Shown one piece after another: positions 48,341 to 58,562 of a DNA stretch of 64,000 bases. The stretch lies in the NCBI GenBank assembly GCA_000146465.1, contig CP001943.1; one strand, 5' to 3'. Every line of letters begins with the position of its first letter. The first letter of the stretch is position 1. The notes beneath the pieces are model-generated. The model saw only the letters and a program-made list of their open reading frames with translations. It made no database searches and was not told the DNA's origin. The position numbers and the translations under genes were made by a program.

Positions 48341-49162
48341 ATGAGCTTGATAGAATCGGAAAAGAAGGAAGAGGATGGAACAAGAAGAAAAATTTTTGTG
48401 GTGGTTGGAATGGCAGGAAGCGGAAAAACAACTTTTTGCCAAAGATTATATTCATGGATTTCTCAAGACAATTGCACGATAGATCCAGCCACAGGATTAA
48501 ATTCGCATATATACTCTATAAATACTGATCCAGCAGTGGTGAATACAAAGATGCCTTTAAACCTCGACATAAGGGACGTTGTGGATTATCACGAGACGAT
48601 GGAGAAGTACGAGTTAGGGCCAAACGGAGGAATTAATACATGTTTAAACCTATTTCTTTTGAATATAGGGGAATACATTGACAGAATAAAAGAAGAGTAC
48701 ATCATCATAGATACACCTGGGCAGATCGAGGCCTTTACATGGTCATCGCCAGGATATGTACTGATTGAGGCGTTGAAAACCGTTGGAGAAGTTATTCTTG
48801 TATATGTGGTTGACTCTGTGTCTTCGCACAAGCATGCTGTGTTCATGTCGAATATGATGTATGCAGCTTCTTTAATGTGCAGATATGAGGTTGAGACACT
48901 ATGCCTTTTCAATAAGAAGGACTTGTCAGGAAGTGAGCTTCTTGAGGAATGGATTAGCGACTATGAAAGCTTTAGGGATTCGTTGAACGATGAAGATATG
49001 TTTTCTCCTATTCTAGGATCCATGGCCCTCCATTTCGAGGAGTTTTATAACTCGATAAAGACTGTGTCTGTTTCTTCGTCTACAGGAAGTGGGAAGTCCG
49101 ACTTTTTCGATGCTGTTAACCAAATTATGAATGAGAAGTATCCAGAAAATAAATTTGAATAA
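48341..49162 (+). CDS. GPN: GPN-loop GTPase (Npa3/GPN1/XAB1 family)
   Basis: P-loop VVVGMAGSGKTTFCQRL and the GPN motif ELGPNGGINTCLN. The track ATG is at 48287. The later ATG (MSLIESEKK) at 48341 is preceded by aaCCCtgct. Confidence 0.65.
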   Translation: MSLIESEKKEEDGTRRKIFVVVGMAGSGKTTFCQRLYSWISQDNCTIDPATGLNSHIYSINTDPAVVNTKMPLNLDIRDVVDYHETMEKYELGPNGGINTCLNLFLLNIGEYIDRIKEEYIIIDTPGQIEAFTWSSPGYVLIEALKTVGEVILVYVVDSVSSHKHAVFMSNMMYAASLMCRYEVETLCLFNKKDLSGSELLEEWISDYESFRDSLNDEDMFSPILGSMALHFEEFYNSIKTVSVSSSTGSGKSDFFDAVNQIMNEKYPENKFE

Positions 49163-49236
49163 TGACAAAGTCTATGCTTGCGGAAGCAGTTCTCTTCTCG
49201 ACCAAATTTTTATGATTTGCGATCCCCTGGCGGTCT

Positions 49237-50868
49237 ATGAAAGCTAAGGATAGAAGGAATCGAACCAAGATGAAAAGCATAGATAGTATTTCCAGAATCA
49301 AGGAATCTAAGATTGCATACTCTCTACCTCATGGGCCCTACAGAGTAGTTTCAATTGTTTCTCTAGGAGGAGGCTGTGGAAACTATTTCGACAAGTACTT
49401 GCATGAGAATCGAGGGCTATTCTTCTCACCGGAGTACAAGATCAACTATCTATTCAAAGAGACTTGTGGAGTTAGTGAGTTCCATATTGGATACCTCTGC
49501 AGAGCAAGCGACATAGTGGTATTTTTTATTAACTCAGATGAGATTGATGACAGTAAGCTTAAAATAATCAAGAAGTTTGTTCCAAGCTGTCTATTCTGCA
49601 TATCCAACCAGAGATTTAAAGATGTGGCTAGAAAAGTTGTGAAGAAACACTTCCCAAAGGAGCGAATAGTTGAGATAGATGGACTTATGGGGGTATTGAG
49701 CAACGTGAGAGTTAAGAACACGTCGGTTTGCAAGAGGCCGTATATTGTTCCAAGTAATGCTTATTCTGATGGAGAATACTTCTATGTCGAGGGCTTTCTA
49801 AAGCGTGGATTCCTGAGTGACAAGGTAGTTGTTAACGGACGGTATGAAATGACTATTGAGGAGATTTTTACGGATCGGCTATATAAAGGAGAGGATTTAT
49901 GTGTAAGTGTTGACATTGAGAAGACTTCTCTAGCAGAAGGTGAAGAGTTGGAGTCTGATTGCAACTCGGAGTCCTTGGAGTCTGGCTGCGATGAATACGA
50001 AGAAAAGGAAAATGATGAAAGTGAAGAGTTTACCACTGATGAATCATCTACTGAGGATCGGCCATCTCTTATAGACAAATACTCTGAGTATAGAGGAATA
50101 AGAAATCTTTCAACATGTAGCTTCAAGTCATACAACTTCCCAAGCCATTACAAAAGTCTTGTGTTTTTTGATGACTTTAGGAGAGCTGAAAAGCTGATAA
50201 CTGAACAAGATAGCATAATTCCTAATGACCAAATGGTTAAGATAAAGCTTAGGTATGAAGGACTTATTGAAGAGCAGATATACGTGGTGTTTGGATGTTA
50301 CGAATATGAAAAAAGAAAGACCATACACAACTTCCATTTTGAAGGAATAGAACCTCTAAAGGAGGAAAGTATGGTGGTTGATCTAGGCCATAGGATTATT
50401 GACATACGTCCTATGATCACAAGAAACTTAAACCATAGAGTTTTCAAAAAGCAAGAAGAACTTGAGTCTGGGGTTGTTAGCTTTATTGGGCCAATGGCGT
50501 TTGGCCTATCCAGAGTGCTCCTATACAAGAAGTCTGCTCTGGGGGAATTATCTAAGGAAACGCTTGTTGCCGTCGGGATGAATGGATTTACAGGAGACAG
50601 GATTATTTTTGAGGAGGTAGTGCTTCAAGGAATCCCGTTCAGAAACAAGAAAAGATACAGTCTTGTCAAGCGCATGTTTAATAGCAAGGAAGAAGTCATG
50701 TACTTCCGAAACATTCAGCTGTATATGCGAAGCGGAAAGATTACTGGGTTTATAAAGAAGCCGATAGGTACAAAGGGGATGTTCAAGGGATACTTCACAC
50801 ATCCAATAAAATCCGGAGATAAGGTGATGATGTCCTTATACAAAAGAGCCTTTTTAGAAGATCAATAA
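49237..50868 (+). CDS. TSR1: Ribosome biogenesis protein Tsr1 (Bms1/Tsr1 family, no intact P-loop)
   Basis: Bms1/Tsr1-type N-domain with a degenerate GTPase region (VVSIVSLGGGCGN, so Tsr1 rather than Bms1), an acidic serine-rich insert, and a C-terminal DUF663-like region. ATG preceded by gatCCCCtgg. Confidence 0.45.
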   Translation: MKAKDRRNRTKMKSIDSISRIKESKIAYSLPHGPYRVVSIVSLGGGCGNYFDKYLHENRGLFFSPEYKINYLFKETCGVSEFHIGYLCRASDIVVFFINSDEIDDSKLKIIKKFVPSCLFCISNQRFKDVARKVVKKHFPKERIVEIDGLMGVLSNVRVKNTSVCKRPYIVPSNAYSDGEYFYVEGFLKRGFLSDKVVVNGRYEMTIEEIFTDRLYKGEDLCVSVDIEKTSLAEGEELESDCNSESLESGCDEYEEKENDESEEFTTDESSTEDRPSLIDKYSEYRGIRNLSTCSFKSYNFPSHYKSLVFFDDFRRAEKLITEQDSIIPNDQMVKIKLRYEGLIEEQIYVVFGCYEYEKRKTIHNFHFEGIEPLKEESMVVDLGHRIIDIRPMITRNLNHRVFKKQEELESGVVSFIGPMAFGLSRVLLYKKSALGELSKETLVAVGMNGFTGDRIIFEEVVLQGIPFRNKKRYSLVKRMFNSKEEVMYFRNIQLYMRSGKITGFIKKPIGTKGMFKGYFTHPIKSGDKVMMSLYKRAFLEDQ

Positions 50869-50913
50869 ATGCCATACTCCAACCGTATTTAGATTTAGTT
50901 TTTGTTTCCCTGG

Positions 50914-51840
50914 ATGAAAACGTATATCAAGGAGAAAAGACTAGGGGAGGGAACATACGCCGTGATATATCTTGGATATCGATGTCTTCCTCAGGACAAG
51001 CCCCTTGTAGACTCTGGTACAAAGATAGAGGATACGCCTGTAGCGATAAAGAAGATAAAGCTAAACAAGTACACTCAAGGACACGAGATAAGTGCCATAA
51101 GAGAAATTAAGGCTTTGAAGAGAATAAGTTGCAAGTATGTTGTCAAGCTCCTCGACACTTTTATATATGACAAGTGCATCCATATAGTTTTGGAATATGT
51201 CGAGACCAATCTTGAAAATGTAATAAGAAATCCTGATAAAATCATCATGCCGGGAGACATTAAAGCATGGATGCTAATGGTGCTGAGGGGAGTCTACGAA
51301 TGCCACAAACTATTTATAATCCATCGGGACATAAAACCGAACAATATACTTATCACAGCCGAGGGGATGGTTAAGCTTGCAGACTTTGGACTTACCCGAG
51401 GAATAGGAAACAAGATGACCCCTCAGGCAGTAACTAGATGGTATAGGGCACCCGAGCTTCTCTTAGGATCAAGGGATTATGGAAGCCCTATCGACATGTG
51501 GTCGGTGGGATGTGTGTTTGCAGAACTTTTTTTAAGAGTTCCTCTATTTGCTGGAGACACAGATATCCAGCAGCTTGACATGATCTTCAGGGCTCTTGGA
51601 ACACCTAAAGAAAAAGAATGGCCGGGGTTGTCTACTTTACCCTCGTTTCTTGAGTTTCATCAGTACGAGAAAACGTCTTTGCGTCCTTTGTTTTCGGCTG
51701 CGTCCTCAGATGCAATAGACTTACTAGAAAGACTCCTTACTCTGAATCCCGGCAATAGAATAAGCTGTGACGATGCCATAAAACATCCATACTTCAAGTC
51801 ATTTCCATCCCCAACACCCATGGGAAAGCTTCCTGTCTAA
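50914..51840 (+). CDS. KIN28: Cyclin-dependent kinase CDK7/Kin28-like (TFIIH kinase)
   Basis: Kinase subdomains GEGTYAVIY, HRDIKPNNIL, DFGLTR, T-loop TRWYRAPELL. The cyclin-binding helix 'ISAIREIKALK' resembles Kin28 'MSAIREVK'. The track start at 50902 is TTG. The ATG at 50914 is preceded by tttCCCtgg. Confidence 0.6.
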   Translation: MKTYIKEKRLGEGTYAVIYLGYRCLPQDKPLVDSGTKIEDTPVAIKKIKLNKYTQGHEISAIREIKALKRISCKYVVKLLDTFIYDKCIHIVLEYVETNLENVIRNPDKIIMPGDIKAWMLMVLRGVYECHKLFIIHRDIKPNNILITAEGMVKLADFGLTRGIGNKMTPQAVTRWYRAPELLLGSRDYGSPIDMWSVGCVFAELFLRVPLFAGDTDIQQLDMIFRALGTPKEKEWPGLSTLPSFLEFHQYEKTSLRPLFSAASSDAIDLLERLLTLNPGNRISCDDAIKHPYFKSFPSPTPMGKLPV

Positions 51841-51975
51841 GAAATACGGTCTTTCGTACAAAACTTGTTATGATGATATAGCTATACTGACTTATATAAA
51901 AGAGCTAAAAAGATGGATTCTAGGTTTATTTCCACTTAATTGCATTTGGCCGGAAAACAAAAAACCCTTCAAATA

Positions 51976-54117
51976 ATGCACTCGAGAGATTTTGCATCCC
52001 AGGCCATGCACCAAACGAGTAAACAGTTTCCAAAAGCATTTGAGGGACAGAGAAGGCCAAAGATGAAAATTCCAGACTTTCCGTCAGAACTCGAGAAGGA
52101 CCAAGCATCCTTTTTTTCCTTTGATACATCAGTCCAACCTCCACCTCTTAGCACAACAAATTGCTTTATTACCGAGACAACAAACACAGATCCTAATCTT
52201 CTGAGATCCACAATGTATACTCTTCCTACGGATACTGATACCTTTGAGTCAATGGAAATTCCCTTTGGATTAGTTCTCAATCCTTTCAATCAGAAAGCTA
52301 TGGCAACCGAGTTGGACAAAAGCATTTCTATGAAGTGCTGGCAATGCCAAAGTTACGTCAACATATTTACAAAGATCGAAGGAAACACTTTCTACTGCAA
52401 CATTTGTAACTCAAAAAACCAGGCAAAAGAGAAAATAAGTAGCGAGGTTACCAGATATTCCACAATAGAATATGTTGATAGGGTGAAAGAGGAAAGAATC
52501 ACAAGGCCAGAGGCTGGAAACATAGTTTCAGAAAGTCTTTTCAGGACTACAATGATTGATGGGCCAGCATTTATTTTTGGAATCGATACTACTGCATCTC
52601 CATTAATGGAGCATGCATTCAAAGCTATGAAGCTTTTGATTAACGATGAAAACTTTCGATTTCTGTTTAAGAAAGTTGGAGTGATCCTGTTTTCCAGCAC
52701 TGTTTCTTTGATAAAGCCATCGGGGGGGATGATTACAGAGGTTCTACTGTCGGACAGGCTTCAACTTCCGTTTATCTCTCCGGAATTCTTAATGGATTCC
52801 GAAGACGATGGGCTGATGAAATCATTAATGGAGTACGTTATGGGAAAATCCGAAGACAAAGGAAAGTTCAAAAATGGATTTGAAGATTGCTTAAGGGTTG
52901 CAATTTCTATAGCAGGGTATTGCAAGGGCTCAAAGATGGCGGTTTTTTCGAATATTCAAGACAAGGTGGAATATGAGGAAGTGGCAAAGCAACTCATCGA
53001 GGTGGGATGTTCGCTAAATGTTTTTTCAACACAAAAGACATCTGCCACCAAGCTGTGTGCTTCCACTACAGGTAAATGTTTTATATATAGCCTTGAATCC
53101 CTCAGCAAGCTGGGCCCAGACCTCCTAAACCTAGGAGTCACAAAGAGCTCATACAAAGTGCAAGTCGAGGCAAAGACTTCGGATGCCATAAGGAAATTGA
53201 GTTTTTATGGAAATACAGTCTTTGAACATCTAGGGTTTCAGGACTTTGCACATATGGATGATAAAACTGCATTTGGAATGACCTTTTCCTTGGAAGAGCC
53301 GCTCCAAAATAAGTCTAAAGTGTATGTCCAGGTGATACTAAGATTTTACTCTTTTGACGGGTCAAGTAGGGTTCTTGTGATGAATTCCAGCTTTGAAGGA
53401 TCGTCGAGAATTTCAGAGGTCTATGCAAGCCTCAGCTTTGACACTCTGGCATGTATATATGCAAAATACATAGCAATGGACGAAAGCACTGCCAAGGAAC
53501 ATTGTAAGAAGGTAGAAAACTCGATTAGCCGATCTCTTAAGTATTATAGGGATAACTGTTGCAAAGAGGCGTCTAGTTCCCAGTTTGTTCTTCCTGAATC
53601 TATCAAATTGATCCCTTTGATATACCAGGCAATGGTGAAAAATAGCTGTTTTTCCAACAACATAAGCACAGATACCATGTCTCGAGTGACTGGCTTTACT
53701 GTCGAGGAAAATCTCAGGTTTTTTTATCCGCGCCTATTTGCATTTACCGATTTCTACATAGACAAATCTCTGGAAAAGGTCAAAGCTCTCAGACTCAATG
53801 TTGAGTCGCTTAACTCTGAAGAAATATATATCTTAGACAACTCTCAGAAGATATATATCTACATTGGAAAAGACGTAGATATTTCTCTGAAGGAGGCTAT
53901 ATTCAGAGATAAAACAGAGGAAAACGAAGTTCTGGATAAGATGATTGATGAATTCTACACTTACTATGATAGTGAACTTCCAGTTATATTTGTGGAAGAA
54001 GGAAAAGGTGGGTCGGAGGTTGAATTTGTCGGATATATGGTTGAGGACAGACTCAACGACATACCCTCTTACTCTGATTATATATGTGAGCTTCATTTTA
54101 AGGTCAAAAATGCTTAG
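51976..54117 (+). CDS. Second Sec23/Sec24-family COPII coat protein
   Basis: Zinc finger KCWQCQSYVNIFTKIEGNTFYCNICNSKN, then trunk (PAFIFGIDTTAS) and downstream domains. The track start at 51940 is TTG. The ATG (MHSRDF) at 51976 is preceded by aaaCCCttcaaata. Confidence 0.5.
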   Translation: MHSRDFASQAMHQTSKQFPKAFEGQRRPKMKIPDFPSELEKDQASFFSFDTSVQPPPLSTTNCFITETTNTDPNLLRSTMYTLPTDTDTFESMEIPFGLVLNPFNQKAMATELDKSISMKCWQCQSYVNIFTKIEGNTFYCNICNSKNQAKEKISSEVTRYSTIEYVDRVKEERITRPEAGNIVSESLFRTTMIDGPAFIFGIDTTASPLMEHAFKAMKLLINDENFRFLFKKVGVILFSSTVSLIKPSGGMITEVLLSDRLQLPFISPEFLMDSEDDGLMKSLMEYVMGKSEDKGKFKNGFEDCLRVAISIAGYCKGSKMAVFSNIQDKVEYEEVAKQLIEVGCSLNVFSTQKTSATKLCASTTGKCFIYSLESLSKLGPDLLNLGVTKSSYKVQVEAKTSDAIRKLSFYGNTVFEHLGFQDFAHMDDKTAFGMTFSLEEPLQNKSKVYVQVILRFYSFDGSSRVLVMNSSFEGSSRISEVYASLSFDTLACIYAKYIAMDESTAKEHCKKVENSISRSLKYYRDNCCKEASSSQFVLPESIKLIPLIYQAMVKNSCFSNNISTDTMSRVTGFTVEENLRFFYPRLFAFTDFYIDKSLEKVKALRLNVESLNSEEIYILDNSQKIYIYIGKDVDISLKEAIFRDKTEENEVLDKMIDEFYTYYDSELPVIFVEEGKGGSEVEFVGYMVEDRLNDIPSYSDYICELHFKVKNA

Positions 54118-54195
54118 GAACAGTTTCCTTTTTACCCTCCAGGAGGGAAGGCAAACTTAAATAAAATCGTGAAATAGTTTTAATTAGTTGTCTCT

Positions 54196-54666
54196 TTACA
54201 CTTCGTCATCTCTCTGTAAGTCTTCTTCAAGCAGCATGGAATGCGCTAGGGTCATCATGCCACAAACTGCGGATATCGCAAGAAGCCCCACTATTGCTTC
54301 CCTGGAAAATATAAAGAAAATCAGTATTCCAACAGCCCCAGCTATACATACGGATCTAGGCTCGAGCTCAACATTAAAGAGAGTTGGCTTCGTCTGGTAC
54401 GCATATGCAGTGACAGCAATAATCCCAATGAGTATAACCAATTCTAGACGATAAAGAACATATATCAATGCAAATGCACTTGACATTGCAAGATAATGAA
54501 ATTTAAATCTATCAAGATTCACAAGGATTCTCCTTTTTGCAACGCTGAAATCTCGTGGGATAGAGGCCTTACGTATGCTAAAAAAGTCTCTTGCTGCATT
54601 TTTGTCCCCAAGCGCCTCCTTAATGTTTTTCTGAAAAGTCTTTTCTTCGTGCATTCCTCCTTGCAT
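54196..54666 (-). CDS. PRA1/Yip3-like small membrane protein (prenylated Rab acceptor family)
   Basis: 156 aa with a hydrophilic N-terminus and two hairpin-type hydrophobic segments. ATG preceded by agCCCCttgaaaac. Confidence 0.3.
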   Translation of the reverse strand: MQGGMHEEKTFQKNIKEALGDKNAARDFFSIRKASIPRDFSVAKRRILVNLDRFKFHYLAMSSAFALIYVLYRLELVILIGIIAVTAYAYQTKPTLFNVELEPRSVCIAGAVGILIFFIFSREAIVGLLAISAVCGMMTLAHSMLLEEDLQRDDEV

Positions 54667-54802
54667 GTTTTCAAGGGGCTTCTTTGTTTAACTACTAAAG
54701 ATATTCAGCTTCATTTGTTTCAAAGGTGATTGATTTCAAGCAAACACTGTTCGTTACCAATAAGATTTCCTCCTTAAGAGACGTTTGTTACAAATTATCC
54801 AA

Positions 54803-55354
54803 TTAGATTTTTTCCCAGATGGAATTGGTTATTTCAAATAGGGAAACATCCGAACCAATATCAATAGTAAAGACATCTCCCATTTTCTTGCTCTTAATCC
54901 TGCAATACTTCCTTCCGTCACCTTCAATGAACTCGGTTCCAAAGCCCTTGACAATCTCAAGATATATTTCGTTGAAGGAAGGTCTCGAAAGTGCTCGGAG
55001 TTTCTCCTCTTTTTCTTGAATCCTTTTATCTGTTGTGATGATTCCGGCCTTTATCTTTTCGTTTTCGTCTTCGAGTTCAACTATCTTCTTAGCAAGCCTC
55101 AACTTTTCATTGTTTATCTCCACAAATGCGTCATTTTTCTTACTATGGGTATATGAATACTTTCTTACCTCTCCCTCAAGCTGCATGTTTTTCTTTTTAA
55201 AGAGCTGAACATTTTCCTGAAGAGTCCTGGTCACTGTTTCCATCTTCAGTCTTTCTTCTTTCCTTTGGCTATCCAGCGCCATGAGTATATTCTTTTCGGC
55301 CGGATTCTTGAATTTTTCGCACAGATCTTGTAGCAACGTCTTTGCCTCTTCCAT
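54803..55354 (-). CDS. Coiled-coil protein with a globular C-terminus (possibly a kinetochore Spc24/Spc25-type subunit)
   Basis: 183 aa. The N-terminal 120 aa are heptad-rich; the C-terminal 60 aa are compact. ATG preceded by ataCCCaa. Confidence 0.2.
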   Translation of the reverse strand: MEEAKTLLQDLCEKFKNPAEKNILMALDSQRKEERLKMETVTRTLQENVQLFKKKNMQLEGEVRKYSYTHSKKNDAFVEINNEKLRLAKKIVELEDENEKIKAGIITTDKRIQEKEEKLRALSRPSFNEIYLEIVKGFGTEFIEGDGRKYCRIKSKKMGDVFTIDIGSDVSLFEITNSIWEKI

Positions 55355-55437
55355 TTGGGTATGCTTTTTTTAGTTTCAGGTATTCATGGGTTTGTAGAGG
55401 TTGGGACTCTGTAAGGCCCCGTGTCTGCAAGTGCATA

Positions 55438-55519
55438 GGTTGGATGGCCGAGTGGTCCAAGGCGCTGGCTTAAGGTGCCAGTCTCTCAGGAGGCGTGGGT
55501 TCGAACCCCACTCCAGCCA
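55438..55519 (+). tRNA. tRNA-Leu(AAG): tRNA-Leu (anticodon AAG), type II with a long variable arm
   Basis: GGTTGGA acceptor stem pairs with TCCAGCC (one G-U pair). D-arm GCCGAGTGGTCCAAGGC. Anticodon stem CTGGC/GCCAG with loop TTAAGGT. The long variable arm is TCTCTCAGGAGGCGT. T-arm GGGTTCGAACCCC. Discriminator A; no encoded CCA. Confidence 0.85.
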
Positions 55520-55524
55520 TTTTT
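55520..55524 (+). terminator. Pol III T-run terminator directly after tRNA-Leu
   Basis: TTTTT immediately 3' of the discriminator base. Confidence 0.5.
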
Positions 55525-55624
55525 CTTGGTGGAATTCCGGGCTTACTTTTGAATTCTTATCAAAAATACATTAGAGATTTCTCTGCACAACAATAAATAG
55601 GTAGAAAACCGATATTTTATTTCT

Positions 55625-58219
55625 TCAACGAAGCAGACCTTTGGCATCTTCGTAATTCATTTTGGTATGAATACTTCCTTGAACAATTCCTTTACTAGCC
55701 CTTACATGGGAATTTGGATATCTTGAAGTAATCTTCTCAATTAAGCCTTTGTTGTCAGACACATTTCCAGCTAGGATAGTTTCCTCATTAACAAATACAT
55801 AAACAAGACATTGAACACTACTCTTAAGGGCTTCACCACAAAGTAAGCCTATAAATCTAACCAAATCTTTTCTAGTACAGGAGTCTGTTGGCTGATAATA
55901 ATAAACCACCGTTTTGTCATCTAAATTTGAGGTATTCTTGGCCTTTGCTATCAGTTCGAGAATTTCCTTTTTGTTTTTGGCATATTGAGCTCTGCTAAGC
56001 TCTTCTCCCTTCTTCTTATTCTTTTGGTTCAACACTTCAACTTTCTGTCTGTAGAATAATGGAATTGTCTTATCAACATTAACAACTTCCCCTATGCTAA
56101 GCTTGCTCAAGTAGATCTCTGCCTCCATATCAAGCTCCTGTGCCTTTTTCCCAGTTACTGCAACTATTCTTCGAGTGTTGGCAGATACACCTGTTTCACT
56201 AATGATCCTGAATTTTCCTATGTCGGAAACATTAGTTACATGCGTTCCCCCACACATTTCTTCAATAGTTAGTCCATTGGCCTTCATGGTTATAACCCTC
56301 ACCTTTTCTGGATACTCTTCATTTCTCATCCGAACAATATTAGGACTTTCCATTGCCTGCTCCCTGTCTAAAGTAATAGCTTCAACGTCTGTGTTGCTTT
56401 GGATAAACTCATTGACCTTTTTTTCAACCTCTTCTAATTCTTGATTTGTTAATTTTCTCCCCTCAAAATCAAATCTAAGCTTTTCTGGATCAACAAGGCT
56501 TCCCCGCTGCTCCGTTTGGATTATAGTACGTAGAAAGAAGTTTAGCAAATGTGTTCCAGTGTGGTTCTTCATTATTTTTTTTCTCAATTCTTGATCATAC
56601 ATCTGCAATGCCTGGTATGATGCACTTCCCTCCAATATTCCTTTATGCACTACAAACCCTTTGATTGCTTGTGTGTCCATAACGTTGAAAACACCTACGT
56701 CCTTCTCTCCATCATAAAATATTATTTTTCCAGTATCACCAACCTGGCCCCCACATTCTGCATAGAAACAGGTTTTGTCAAATACAAGCCCAAGTTCTCT
56801 TCCTTCAGGTATTTCATTGGGCTTAGTGATGATTTCCTTCCCTTCTATGCCAAAAAAAAACGTGGCATTAATGCTATTCTTTGTATACTTGAAGGAGTCA
56901 TCTGTACGGGGGAATTTGGACTGAAGGCCTGCATCAATGTTTAGTTTCATTCCTTTGGACATCTTACTAATTTCAACTGCTTTTTGCTTGAAGCTCTCAA
57001 AATTGGTGTAGTCGATCTTAATATTTCTTTCCTTAGCCATAATCTCCGTTAGATCAACTGGAAATCCATATGTATCATACAGCAAAAACAAATCCTCTCC
57101 ACTTATTTTCCCGTTGTTCTCTGCAAGCTTGTGGAATCTTTCAATTCCTTTCTTTAAGGTCTTCATAAACTGGAGTTCTTCCTTATTCACACAGTCCACA
57201 GACTTGAGTTCTATTCCTATTGCATGTGCAGCAATCCCAACAAGTTCTCCAAGAACCCCCTCCTTCAATCCTAGAACTTCATGAGCATATCTAACAGCCC
57301 TTCGAAGGATTCTTCTCAGCACATATCCCACTCCGTCATTACTGAAGTCAACTTTGTCGTAAGTGCAAACAGCTATGGTCCTGCAATGGTCGGCCACAAC
57401 TCTGAAGGCGACGTCAATACTCTCTTCTGTGTCGTTGTATTTGAAGTTGCATCGATCCTCTATGGCTTTGATTATCACTGCAAAACTATCTATCAGATAA
57501 TTAGATCGAACATCTATAAGTATACTCAAAAGCCTTTCAAGGCCTATCCCTGTATCTATACATTTTCTTTCAAGAGGAACAAGGCCAGAGATGGTTCGAT
57601 TGTATTCTATAAATACAATGTTCCAGATTTCAATAACATTAGGATCGTCCTTGTTCACTAGCTCAGAAGCATCTCTGTTTCCAATTCGGTCGTAATGGAT
57701 CTCCGTACAGGGTCCACAAGGCCCCGTATCCCCCATCTCCCAGAAATTGTCTTTGTAAGAAGCCGATAGAACTCTCTCTGAGGGAAGATATTTGAGCCAT
57801 ATATTTCCACTTTCTTTATCCAACTCTTCATAATACGTCACATATAGTTTGTCCTTGTTCAGTTTAAGTACATCGACCAAAAATTCCCAGGCAAATCCTA
57901 TTGCTTCTTCCTTGAAGTAATCCCCAAACGACCAATTCCCCATCATTTCAAAGTATGTGTGATGATATGTATCCTTCCCCACGTCGTCTAGATCATTATG
58001 TTTTCCTCCTGCTCTAATACATCTTTGGACGCTACAGGCTCGACGCAAGTCATCCCTTTCTCCAAGCAAGTTCTTTTTGAACTGCACCATCCCACTGTTT
58101 GTAAAAAGTAGGCTGTCATCTTCAAAAGGAATCACAGAACTCGAGCTTACAATCTTGTGCGATTTGGAGGCAAAATAGTCTAGAAAAGATCGGCGTAGCT
58201 TTTCCGTTGTCCACATCAT
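55625..58219 (-). CDS. AlaRS: Alanyl-tRNA synthetase (class II)
   Basis: Catalytic core with class II motifs and the editing-domain signatures HTGTHLLN and CGGTHV. ATG preceded by gaaCCCta. Confidence 0.8.
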   Translation of the reverse strand: MMWTTEKLRRSFLDYFASKSHKIVSSSSVIPFEDDSLLFTNSGMVQFKKNLLGERDDLRRACSVQRCIRAGGKHNDLDDVGKDTYHHTYFEMMGNWSFGDYFKEEAIGFAWEFLVDVLKLNKDKLYVTYYEELDKESGNIWLKYLPSERVLSASYKDNFWEMGDTGPCGPCTEIHYDRIGNRDASELVNKDDPNVIEIWNIVFIEYNRTISGLVPLERKCIDTGIGLERLLSILIDVRSNYLIDSFAVIIKAIEDRCNFKYNDTEESIDVAFRVVADHCRTIAVCTYDKVDFSNDGVGYVLRRILRRAVRYAHEVLGLKEGVLGELVGIAAHAIGIELKSVDCVNKEELQFMKTLKKGIERFHKLAENNGKISGEDLFLLYDTYGFPVDLTEIMAKERNIKIDYTNFESFKQKAVEISKMSKGMKLNIDAGLQSKFPRTDDSFKYTKNSINATFFFGIEGKEIITKPNEIPEGRELGLVFDKTCFYAECGGQVGDTGKIIFYDGEKDVGVFNVMDTQAIKGFVVHKGILEGSASYQALQMYDQELRKKIMKNHTGTHLLNFFLRTIIQTEQRGSLVDPEKLRFDFEGRKLTNQELEEVEKKVNEFIQSNTDVEAITLDREQAMESPNIVRMRNEEYPEKVRVITMKANGLTIEEMCGGTHVTNVSDIGKFRIISETGVSANTRRIVAVTGKKAQELDMEAEIYLSKLSIGEVVNVDKTIPLFYRQKVEVLNQKNKKKGEELSRAQYAKNKKEILELIAKAKNTSNLDDKTVVYYYQPTDSCTRKDLVRFIGLLCGEALKSSVQCLVYVFVNEETILAGNVSDNKGLIEKITSRYPNSHVRASKGIVQGSIHTKMNYEDAKGLLR

Positions 58220-58319
58220 TAGGGTTCAAAAGTTTTCACAATGAATAGATATTTATTTTGTTTTTATAATCTAGGATCCACTACAGCCTTAAATAAAATA
58301 TTCATACTTTCTAACACCA

Positions 58320-58490
58320 TTACCTAATCCTTCCAGATAATTCGTTTCTTATTTCTTTAAGAAGTTGAATGAGGTTCTTCGGGCTCATTCCAGAATCCAA
58401 AAGCTTGTACATTTGATCAATTGTATCCTCTCCAAAGTGCAGCTTTAGCTCTTTAGCAAACTCCAATATGTCCTTGTATCCATCTTCCAT
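58320..58490 (-). CDS. MZT1: MOZART1-like gamma-tubulin complex mini-protein (Mzt1)
   Basis: 56-aa product MEDGYKDILEFAKELKLHFGEDTIDQMYKLLDSGMSPKNLIQLLKEIRNE. The ...SGMSPKNLIQLLKEIR block resembles the MZT1 core ...QGINPEALSSVIKELR. The track start at 58523 is TTG. Confidence 0.4.
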   Translation of the reverse strand: MEDGYKDILEFAKELKLHFGEDTIDQMYKLLDSGMSPKNLIQLLKEIRNELSGRIR

Positions 58491-58562
58491 GCCAGACCAG
58501 AGAACAACACCAGGGGGAGACAAATTTTTTGTTCATTTTTGCCGATGGTACGGCAGAATTAC

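Noticed and set aside
49900-50060. Acidic Ser/Glu-rich low-complexity stretch (EGEELESDCNSESLESGCDEYEEKENDESEEFTTDESSTED)
   Set aside because: It lies inside the Tsr1-like ORF and resembles the acidic inserts common in nucleolar proteins. It is not a separate repeat element.
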